Below are positions 27,581 to 38,332 of a stretch of 64,000 bases of DNA, piece by piece. Numbering within the stretch: the stretch's first letter is position 1; each line of letters opens with the position of its first letter. This DNA comes from Anolis carolinensis (Eukaryota): NCBI RefSeq assembly GCF_035594765.1, contig NC_085842.1:158113036-158177035 (forward strand), given 5' to 3'. A model generated the notes under the pieces. That model saw nothing but the letters and a program-made list of their open reading frames with translations. It was not told the DNA's origin and made no database searches. Both the position numbers and the translations under genes were made by a program.

Positions 27581-27801
27581 CGCTAGAACTGTGCACTGCA
27601 AATGGACCCCAGGACCATGAACTGCCAATGAGCAATTAATTTCCCCATTACTACACAATTCCTAAGGCCCAACTTGGCAAAAACTGTTGGGACTTGCAGT
27701 CCAGAAGCATGCTTCCCGCTTCTGGTCTAGAACTTTGATTGACCTTCCTGAGCTAGTTCTCAGTACTCATGCTGGCCAAGGACACCATGCTTGTATTAGA
27801 T

Positions 27802-27936
27802 CAGTGGTTCTCAACCTGTGGGTCCTCAAATGTTTTGGCCTTCAACTCCCAGAAATCCTAACAGCTGGTAAACTGACTGGGATTTGTGGGAGTTGTAGGC
27901 CAAAACACCTGGGGACCCACAGGTTGAGAACCACTG
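27802..27936. mobile_element. Short hAT (Charlie-type) MITE in MIP intron 2 (other copies at about 16087, 22602, 29329, 30285, 38918)
   Basis: TIR CAGTGGTTCTCAACCTGTGGGTCC; TSD TATTAGAT. Confidence 0.85.
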
Positions 27937-28017
27937 TATTAGATCCTACTAATACTTAGCTGTTATGTCTGCATACTGCCAAAAGGAAGGCAGCTTATTG
28001 TAAACTGAATCCATTAC

Positions 28018-28182
28018 CCCAAAGAGGTGTCCAAGAGTCAGGGAGAGTCCCACAGCCAGTGCCACGGATCCCATGCGGTGGTTACGTCTCTCGTCATAGG
28101 TAGCGAAGATGCAGAGGACAAACTGCAGGGTCAGGAAGATCTCCACAAGGATGGCTTGGCCTACATTTACACTGGGGTGCAA
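28018..28182 (-). CDS. MIP: MIP exon 2 ([55 protein letters not shown])
   Basis: ttgcag| acceptor, GGG|gtaatg donor, 165 nt phase 0; AQP0-specific ATYDERR. Confidence 0.97.
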
Positions 28183-29205
28183 CTGCAACCAAGGAGACAC
28201 ACACAAAGACGGAATGGTGAGGAAACAACAGAGACAACTCTTCATTTCATCTACATCAGACTTGCCTCATATACCTTGCCTTATTTGCTCAGAAATTCAC
28301 CTGGGTGGCATATCTGATGAAGGCTGATTAAAATTTGGGTGTGGACTTTTGAATGAAATATTTAATTACAGTAGGTCCTTGCTATTTGCTAGGATTTTGT
28401 TCCAGGATCCCTCATAGATACCAAAATCAATGGATGCTCAAGTCCCAATGTTGTATACAATAGCATAGTAAACTGTGTCTCTTATACAAAATAGCAATGG
28501 AGGTTTGCCTTCTGGGAGTTTAAGAAATATACATTTAAACTATGGATTGGTGAAGCAATGGGTGCAGGATCTGTGGCTATGAAGGGCTGACTGCATTGTG
28601 GTTTGAAATCAAAGGCTGCACCAAGCTAGGGTCAGCCCTAGTTTACATTTCTGGCTGCATATATTGGGGTATAGCAATACTCCTTAATTGTTCTTCCTGA
28701 CTAACTCAGCCATTCTCTCCCAACAGAGGAAAGATCTCACTGTGCTACATACAGAGATTTGAAGTTGGGTGGATTTTTTTTCTGAAAAAAAATTGAAATT
28801 TGCTGAACTTTTTAAAAATACGATATTAACTAATTAAAAGTCCTTTTGTTACTTTAGGAATACAAAATGTATGATTTGGCATAAAATTATATGTTTGAAA
28901 TTTTAAAAGAACAATTTATACAGACAATAGCAACCAACTAAGTTCTTTTTGATAAAAATGTTACAAGTGATCTTAAACTGCACGGAGCCTCTTTGGTTTT
29001 GCTATCTTAGTTACGAACTGGGAAAAGGCAATAAGAACAGAAGAAACCTTCAACATTAATTAAAGAAAATTACTTTGTCTCAACAAACACCCATTCTCAA
29101 AGAAAGAACAAAACAAAAGGAAACTAGGACCAGAAACTAGAATGATCACACAGTCATGGCCCCTTCTACACTGCCATATAATCCAAAGCAGGTAATCCAA
29201 AGCAG

Positions 29206-30529
29206 GTATTAGGAGCCCTTTTATAGAGCACAGTTATAGTGCTATGATTCTGTTTCAAGGACCATGATAATATTGTAGTAGGGAATTGGCAGTAGAGGGA
29301 GGCTCCCACCAGACTACAAGCCCTAGGTCAGTGGTTCTCAATCTGTGGGTCCCCAGATATTTTGGCTTTCAACTCCCAGAAATACCAACAGCTGGTAAAC
29401 TGGGAGTTGTAGTCCAAAACACCTGGGGACCTACAGGTTGAGAACCACTGCCCTAGGGGTTGCCATAGGATGTTGTTGTGGCTGTTGAAGTGGAATCATA
29501 GCATTATTACTGTGTAGTTTGAAAGGGTCCCTAATTAGAGATAAGAATCACAAGGTTTTCTTGGAAGTAGAGAGGCCTCAAGAAAATGTAACAAGATATT
29601 TTTTATTGTGATAGCTCTTTGCATTCCTTTTTTTTTTTTTTTTGGAAAGGCAATTAAAGCAAAAAATATAGCAACAGCCAGAAGATGGGATCCACATTAT
29701 CTGCTTTGAAGTGGTTTATATGGGTCTACACTGCCATATAATCCACTTCAAAGCAGATAGTCTGGATTTTTTTTCTGGCAGTGTAGAAGGAGCCCTAGAC
29801 TCCATCTACACTGCTATATAATCCAGTATCTGAATCCAGATGATCTGCACTGAGCCATATGGCACTGTAGACTCATATAATACAGTTCAAAACAGATGTG
29901 GATTCAAAAATTGGATTATATGGCAGTACAGATCCAGCCTTCTGCCCCTTCTACACTGCCATATAAAATCCAGATTATTTTCTTTGAACTGGATTATATG
30001 GCAGAGTAGACTCATATAACCCAGTTGAAAGCAGAGAACGTGGATCCCATCTTCTGGCTGTTGCTATATTTTTTGCTTTAATTGCCTTTCCAAAAAAAAA
30101 AAAAAAAGGAATGCAAAGAGCTATCACAATAAAAAATATCTTGTTACATTTTCTTGAGGCCTCTCTACTTCCAAGAAAACCTTGTGATTCTTATCTCTAA
30201 TTAGGGACCCTTTCAAACTACACAGTAATAATGCTATGATTCCACTTCAACAGCCACAACAACATCCTATGGCAACCCCTAGGGCAGTGGTTCTCAACCT
30301 GTAGGTCCCCAGGTGTTTTGGACTACAACTCCCAGTTTACCAGCTGTTGGTATTTCTGGGAGTTGAAAGCCAAAATATCTGGGGACCCACAGATTGAGAA
30401 CCACTGACCTAGGGCTTGTAGTCTGGTGGGAGCCTCCCTCTACTGCCAATTCCCTACTACAATATTATCATGGTCCTTGAAACAGAATCATAGCACTATA
30501 ACTGTGCTCTATAAAAGGGCTCCTAATAC
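29206..30529. repeat. 490-bp inverted repeat (arms 29206-29695 and 30040-30529; 344-bp spacer) in MIP intron 1
   Basis: Arms read as exact reverse complements by eye, including matching T16/A16 runs and an internal MITE. Confidence 0.95.
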
Positions 30530-33034
30530 AAAGAAGCCCTGGGCAAAATGCACTGTAGTCAGATCCTTTCCTCAATTGGCAGCTGTAGTTATCTGAGCAA
30601 AATTGAAGCATAATGAGAAATTAAAATGGTTGTATTTAAGCCTGCCTTTCAGAGAGACACTGTATCATACCATTGCGGTCCTGGAGAAAGGATAAGCTAA
30701 GATATAGTTAGCTCTGTGGCTAACTAGGTGTATGACTTCAGGTCTACTAAGCCAGCTAGTATAATGGTATAATGGTTTCCGTGGTGGACCAGGACACTGA
30801 AAGGCCAAGGTCTGAATCCCTGCTGGACCATGGAAGCCTTTTGGGTAACTTTGGGCAAGTCACATTCTCTAGCCTCAGAGAAAGGTAAAAGCAAGGTCTT
30901 TTAAAATAAATTCTGCCAGAAAAAAATCCAGACATAACTCGAAGGCACACAAAAGCAACAACTATACAGTAAAAACTCAACACACTTGGTGTTGCTCCAT
31001 GATAGCACAGCCCAAATCCTGATGAATGAATATAACAATTTCTATGAGAAGAGTGAGGCCAGACAATCCCAGTGGAAAAACACTGCTTTGTCAAGAGATG
31101 CTGCTCAGCAATTCTAAACCCAACAGTAGGCAGGCAATCAAATGCAGAAATGGGGTAAACAACAATGCGATGAGGTCCCAGTTCTTCAAACATAGAGTAT
31201 ATTTTAATTTAGGTAAATAGAAGGACGCTAAAGCACACTAACACAATTAGGAAGTTAGGGAACTCAATTTTACTCAGCCTATGATTGTATTCAAAATTTT
31301 AGTACATAATTGTAGTTTGCTAAAAATTAGAATTTTTATGCAGATAACATATATTTACATGGTTCAAATTTGCAGCACAAATTCGAGATTTGCAGAGTCA
31401 AGATTAAAGCAACAATAAGAATCCTGTTGATTAGTCCCAGTTAGAGGAAAACCACAATACATACATAAATCCCACTGATTCAAGGGGACTAATAATTCAA
31501 ACCCAGAGTTGCAAACATAGTAGAAATTGCGATATCGCTTCCTCTTCCACTGGTGGATATACCCTAAAGTTAGTTTCTCTGAACTCTCCACATCTACTGA
31601 TGGGTATAATAGAAAAATCCTCCTATTCTATTGACCCAAAATTGTGAACATTATTTAAATCCAGCTAGGTGAGGTACCAGTATAATTAACAACTGCATAG
31701 TCAATTCATGAAGAGAAATGTTAGGAACACTTGCCCAAAAATGCAGATAGTAGTGAAACCATTTCCCTTGAGTGAAACAAACTATCCAACACATAATGCA
31801 AAGTTCAGGAGCACCACTGGGGAAAAAAGACTCTTGATCCCATAAAACTAAGGGAAGCACTAATGCAAGAGACTTTTTATTTCTTTTTTTCAAAACACAG
31901 CATAGCAAAGCTTTCAGGTATGATCCTACATGGTTAACATACTGGTGAATTTTGTTCAGCTCAAGGAGATTTACTTTGCAATAAGCAGTGTATTGCTGCA
32001 GTGATAGTGAAGTGGAATCTACAAGGCATCCTACCAAGAAGCCAGCCCAGCAACAAATCAAGGCAAACCCTTGGATTTTGAAAGAGATACATGTTATGAA
32101 GCTAGCATATCACACGTGGGCTTGCATCATGAGATGGAACGTGTTTTCACACATGAAAGATTTCCTTCTATCTATCTGTAATCTAAAACACGAATTGGTT
32201 GTAGCAGGCATAAAGTAAGTGTGGGCCACGTGTCGCCCCAACATCCTTTATGGTTTCCCATCCTCAGTTGCTATGGGATTAAGCCTTGCCTTTCCACATT
32301 ATGTCTGACAATAACAATGCTTTCAGGGCATTGTTCTATTGGCAGGCAGGAGACAAAAAGGCTTTCCCTGGATTTGTGAAAAACCTCTCACACAGCAAAA
32401 CATTGTGCACAAAAAAACAGAGCTCTTTGTCTTAAATTTTAGTAGGATTATTATGGAATAGATTGAATGTAATCAAAATGGTACTGTAATGATCTCATAA
32501 ATACCACTGATAACCCCACAAGAGAAATTTCCCTCTGAGTGAGTTATCTTCTCATTTTTCTCTCCACAGTATACAGTACATACACGCTGGCATGGCAAAA
32601 AAGGAAGGGAAGGAAAGGAAAAACCATATATACAATCAGGTTATTCTCTGCTTTCAATCCCAACATCTATGTCGTTCAACCACTATCAATCCCAGAAAAT
32701 ATCTGGGACAGAAGCACGTTCACATCTCTTATGGAAGCACATAGATTTTACTTGTTTCAAGCTCTAGGCTGTAGAGTTTGTCCTAAATTTGGGGACTCCC
32801 TGACAAGCAATGCTCAAAAACAACACCGCTCTTCCTTCTGTTGTTACTTCTAGCATAGTCACTAGTACTTCAAGTTTTGCCAAACACTCTTATTATCCTT
32901 TAGTGGGTTTTCTGCACACAGCAAATACTCTCTTAATATCACTCAGCTGCAGGTTGCAAGCCTACTCAAAGAGCTCCAACAACCAAAAGAAAGAAAACAC
33001 CACACACCCCAGCACCCCTGCCTGATCCAATTAC

Positions 33035-33394
33035 CGTGTTGAGGGCCAAGTTACCCCTCAATGCCACCGGCGTAATTCCATAAAGCACAGCCGCGCCGGC
33101 CACTCCTCCCAGCACCTGGGCAGCCACGTAGAAGACCGCGCGGAAGAGGGAAAGCTGAGCGCTCAGGAGGAAGGCCACGGTGACAGCCGGGTTGATATGG
33201 GCCCCGCTCACATGGCCGAGAGACTGCACCATAGTGGCTGCCACCAAACCAAAGGCCAGGGCCACTTGCAGAATGTTCAAGGGGCCCATGACCGAACGCA
33301 GCGAGACCCCCAGGCCAAAAAGTACATAGATCAGGGTGCCAAAAAACTCAGCGAAGATAGCCCTCCAGAAGGAGGATGAGCGTGCCTCCCACAT
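33035..33394 (-). CDS. MIP: MIP / aquaporin-0 exon 1 ([19 protein letters not shown]...[10 protein letters not shown]...GNLALNT), 120 aa
   Basis: gccATG at 33394; first NPA motif; donor ACG|gtaatt; strong similarity to the AQP0 N-terminus ([17 protein letters not shown]). Confidence 0.97.
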
Positions 33395-33499
33395 GGCCAG
33401 GCAGGAGAGGGTGGTCTGCAGTACCGGCAGGACAGTCCTCAGCCTTACGCCTGCTCCATTCACACACTTAAACCCACCACTCTGTTTTTGGGGCTGGGA

Positions 33500-33620
33500 G
33501 CTTTATAAGGCTCCCTAGACTAGCTCAGCCCAGGAGGTGGGAACTTCACTCCACTGACTGAACCCTCTTAACTCTTGACTAACCAGATAGGGAAACTGCA
33601 AGGCCCTTATAAAGGGCTGG
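33500..33620 (-). promoter_or_regulatory. MIP proximal promoter with TATA box
   Basis: Minus-strand TATAAAG at 33507-33501, about 110 nt upstream of the ATG; a second, near-palindromic TATA-like site GCCCTTATAAAGGGC at about 33603-33617. Confidence 0.6.
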
Positions 33621-35367
33621 GGGAGCATGAGGGTACCCAGAATCTTCTACTGCCATTGAAGCATTGATCCTGTCCAGCTTTCCCAGAAGGCCATCCATCT
33701 CTCAATTAAGAGTCTTCATTCTAGGGTTCCTTGTTAGTGTTGGTTGGATGCATCCATATCCCTAAGAATGTTTTAGCAAATTCTGTGTTGGGGGAGCAGT
33801 GTGTTATCTGATGTGTAAGTATTTGGGGAAATATATTATAGGGAAGGGAACCTCCATTCTGCTACCTGTATAGAGAGAATTTCGGAAAGGGATTTTAACA
33901 AAGTTCAAATGGTCCTATGGCATTGTGGAGATGCATCTGAAACTACTTTTTGCATTGTTGTCACTACCCTATAAAAGTAATGGGATATTTTGAGCCGTGT
34001 TGGTTGAATCTGTAGATGCAGATATCTTGAATATAGAGGGCTGACTATAGGTGTTTTTAAGTGCTTGTTGACTTGTAGCAATACCATGAATTTCATAGGG
34101 CTTTCTTAGGTAATGAATCATCAGAAATGGTTTTATCTTTTTCAAAGTCTCTTTTGAGGATTCCTACAGGTATGTACCTCCAAGTACTAACCAGAGCTGA
34201 ACCTGCTTAGCTTATAAGACTAGACAGGGAATGTTACCTTTGGGGTATTTAGGCCACTTCTTTTAGATGAAATTTTCCCCAAAGCCCCTGGCCAGCAAAG
34301 ATACTGGCTGAGGAATTAATTAAATTGTAGTTCAAAACAAGAAATTTTCTAAGTTCTGGTTAGCGATGCCTGGGCAACTAGATATGGTTCAGAATACAGA
34401 TGATGGCCTTTAGACTGACAGTGACAGCAATCTCTCTGGCCTCCTCAGATTGCCCAAACTCTAAAGAAAGTATTGTATAGAAAAGGTAGTTTTGCATTCT
34501 TCATTCACAATCTGGAAGCAAATCAAGCTGGTAAGAGAGATGCTAGCTATATCCTGCTACTAAACTCACAGGGATTGTTGGCTCCACTCCTGAAATACTC
34601 AGGTTTGCCGTCAATGGAACTTAAGATATTATCAAGCCACAACTAACATGTCCTATTTATTTCAAGGGGTCTGCTTTGGACATGACTGTGCAACATGAGA
34701 AGCAATGCTCATTGTTGCTGAGGTCGATGATTTCCCATTAGACTTGGTTTTATTGTATCAGCCTAATTTTTATAGCAAGACTACACTTCCTGAAGGATGT
34801 ACCCAGCCTGACCTCTTTCTGTCTACAACAGGAAATGTGGAACTTTGTATTGCAGGTAAGAAACACGCCTTGGAAGGTAGACATGATCTATATTGGGGGT
34901 GCAGGAGATACACTGGAATCCAGCGGTGATCCCATGGGAGGAAGCATGGAGCGCATATGGAGCACACAGCTTCCTCCCCATGGATTCCAATGGCAACATG
35001 GGAATCTTTTTGTGTTGCCGTGGTGTGGGCATGTGCTGGCTCCACCCTACAGAGTCCTACCGGCATCATTTGATGGAAGCCAGTAAGCTCCGTGTTTGAC
35101 CTGGACTAAACTGGTACATGCCACCAATTATAGTCCTGTGTGAAGAGGTCCTAGATCTGTAAGTTCCTTTCTTATAGTTCATGATGCTTCTTCTGCTTTA
35201 ATTGTGCATAGTTCGTCTCAGGTCAATCCTATCATGGGGTTTTGTTGGCAATATCTATTCAGGAGTGGCTTGCCTTTGCCTTCTCCAGAGGTCCTAGAGA
35301 GTTTAAGTGTGGATTCAAACCCTGTTTGCCAGAGCCTAGTCCAATATTCAGACCACTACATCATGCG

Positions 35368-35755
35368 GGATAGGTAGAACGTTGGTAGAATGTAAAGCAT
35401 ACTTCTCCATGCCACACATAGGTGCACACGGGAATACAAAGGACACTCAGCAGAGCAGCCTTGGCACACCATTATGTTGGGGCACTCAAATGCTCATTCC
35501 ATCTAAATTTCCTGTGATAGCTGCCTGCAGCTCTGAATATTTCGAACTGCAGCAGCTATTAGTCCTAGCCAGCATCATCCAAAGATCATTTGCACTTCTC
35601 ACATCCTGGACTCTCCACAGATATATATTAACCTTCCTTGCCTAGTTTCTCCATGCCTCACAACCTCTGAGGATGCCTGCCATAGATGTGGGCGAAACGT
35701 CAGGAGAGAATACTTCTAGAACATGGCCATACAGCCCAGAATACATACAACAACA
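35368..35755 (+). mobile_element. Second copy of the same non-autonomous Penelope-derived element
   Basis: Near-identical to the reverse complement of about 55385-55771 (the ORF track shows the same spurious peptide in both copies). Confidence 0.75.
35664..35704 (+). ncRNA. Minimal type I hammerhead ribozyme motif (Penelope pLTR-derived)
   Basis: CCT-CTGAGGA-T-GCCTGC-catagat-GTGGGC-GAAAC-GTC-AGG: CUGANGA and GAAA cores, 6-bp stem II, GUC cleavage triplet. Confidence 0.7.
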
Positions 35756-36421
35756 CTATCATTTGCACTCTTTTGCCAAATTCAGAGCCATGAGTTATCT
35801 GAAAAAAGTGATCAGTCAATGTGTCTAATTATAATGTACACTATTTTATAAGCAAGCATGTTCCTCACAAATTTTAATAGCGCTCTCTGGATTGAAGCTG
35901 TTAATCCATTCCAGGTCCTACAGTAATCTATAGTAGAGGTACTGGGATACACAAACACCCTCACCATACCGTATCCCAGGGACACCTCAATTTTGCCACC
36001 TATTTCTTTTTTATAGTTGTTGTCTAAAAAAATGTGACCTGAGTTAGCCCTATCATTTGACAGGGCAATGCATAACGCCCCTCATCAGGTGTGAGGGAAC
36101 CATTAGGAAGGGTAGCAATATGTCACTTATGTTTAATAGGTGCCAATGTATCCTGGAAGCATCGACTCCAGGTACCAACACACAATGGATAATTTCCAAC
36201 TATGTAGCTACCTATATTGATGACCTATCTTCTGGATGTTCATATGTGTGTTTTCTACAATGCTTGGATGTGGAATCTGGACACCTCTGTTAAATGAAAC
36301 AAAAATAAAAACAGGGCACAACCCACAAGTTGCATTGGTGGTCCTCTTGCCTGGCATTAGAGCAAGCAGCAAAACCCCAGCAAACAAACCAAGAGATTTC
36401 ATAACACAGTATGGTCTAGAG

Positions 36422-37114
36422 CAAGGATCCCCAAACTAAGGCCCGGGGGCCGGATGCGGCCCTCCAAGGTCATTTACCTGGCCCCCGCCCTCAGTTTTAT
36501 AGTATAATATTTTTATATCATTTTAAATAATATAATATATTGTATATAAATATAATATTGATAATAATATGTTATACAATATAATACTAATAATACCATA
36601 TAATAATATTAATTATATGATATATATTACATATAATATTACAGTATAGTGGTATAGTTCAATATAGTAATATATAATGCTAATATTGTGCTATGCTAAT
36701 AATATAATATATTGTATGTACATACAGCTGCTCTGAGTCCCCTTCGAGGTGAGAAGGGTGGGATATAAATGTAATAAATAAATGTAGTAAATGAATAAAT
36801 AAATAAATAATTTTAGACTTAGGCTCGCCCAAAGTCTGAAGTGACTTGAAGGCACAAAACAACAACAACAATCCTAATTAACTTGACTATCTCATTGGCC
36901 AGAAGCAGGCCCACACTTCCCATTGAAATCCTGATAGGTTTAGGTTGGTTACAATTGTTTTCATTGTTGTTGTTGTTGTTTTGCACTACAAATAAGACAT
37001 GTGCAGTGTGCATAGGAATTTGTTCGTCTTTTTTCCTCCAAATGATAATTCGGCCCCTCCACAGTCTGAAGGATTGTGAACCGGCCCTCTGCTTTAAAAG
37101 TTTGAGGACCCCTG
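36422..37114. mobile_element. Non-autonomous hAT element (opposite orientation to 8288-9423)
   Basis: TIRs; perfect TSD GTCTAGAG. Confidence 0.85.
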
Positions 37115-38039
37115 GTCTAGAGCATAGTTTCTTAAACTGTTCCACTCATACCTCCTTTCATGTGACCCGAAGTATATAGGTATATAAAATATGTATAAAA
37201 ATCAATCATTTACTGATAATAAATAAGTATTTGTGAGATTTGCTAAACAGGCTGATTTTCTTTTTTGTGGAGTACAGCTGAAGCATTTTCTGCAGAGTCC
37301 ACTGTAAACGCTGACCATTGTTGCTAACAGATTGGTGTAAATGGATGGCATTCAGAAAGTTTTTATTGTCATGACTCCAACACTAAGCGAAGGGGACCCC
37401 ATTTGGGGTCGGAACCAACAGTTTAAGAAGCTGCGGTTTAGCAGTTGTGTGCCATGAGTTGGGAACTGGAACTGATCACGGTTTCCTGCAAATTCCTTGT
37501 TAAGCTTTACTGCCTAAAATGATGGTGGAGGAAAGAGCTGCTGATTCATCGGCACTTCCACAAGAGGCTAAAGGTATAGTATGAAGAATGACAAAATTAC
37601 AGCACTGATTCCCCTCAAAGAAGACTTATGCTCCACCATGTGAAGTTTTCCTTCAGGCCCTAAATTTCTGCTGAGAGTGAGGCACTGAAAATAATTCACA
37701 GCTAGAGCTCTCACATTTCCTATGCTTTCATTCCCTTCTTATTGTGTCTACTCCTTTCTTGCCTGCATTGTATTGCCGAATGCCTAGCTTAGGTTTTAGG
37801 TTATTGCAAAGCTAGAAATTTGGGGACATAATGAGAATTTAAACTGGCTAGAATTCTTATTTGGGGCAATCTCTCAATTTTATCCCCGTTATTGAAAATT
37901 AGACCCTTAAATTATAATTTATGAGACATGGCTCCATTGGGACATACGGCGAGCCCATAATGCCTTTGCCATTTGTCCTGTAGTAACCTTTTCATGAATT
38001 TCCCTGGAATGCTACCTCATCACACCTCGGAGCTCAGGA

Positions 38040-38332
38040 TTTTTTTCGTGTCAGGAGCAACTTGAGAAACTGCAAGTCACTTCTGGTGTGAGAGAAGAAG
38101 CTGTCTGCAAGGACATTGCCCAGGGAACGCCTGGATGTTTTGATGTTTTTAACCATCCTTGTGGGAGGCTTCTCTCATGTCCCCACATGGGAAGCTGGAG
38201 CTGATAAAGGGAGCTTATTCGCACTCTCCCTGGGTTGGATTCGAACCGCCAATCTTCAGGTCAGCAACCCAACCTTCAAGTCATCAGTCCTGCCAGCACA
38301 AGGGTTTTAACGCACTGCACCACCGGGGAGAC
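38040..38332 (-). mobile_element. tRNA-derived SINE (second family)
   Basis: Reverse-complement homologue of 18515-18755. Confidence 0.75.

Noticed and set aside
32966-33463. ORF-track N-terminal extension of MIP (MNGAGVRL...) and read-through past NT
   Set aside because: The upstream ATG lies only about 40 nt below the TATA box, while the conserved MWE start at 33394 gives the canonical 263 aa; the C-terminal part of the ORF is intron
35382-35645. Repeated ORF (MVECKAYFSMPHIG...) also seen at 55515-55851, as a duplicated gene
   Set aside because: The frames differ between the copies (frameshift) and both lie inside a Penelope-derived repeat
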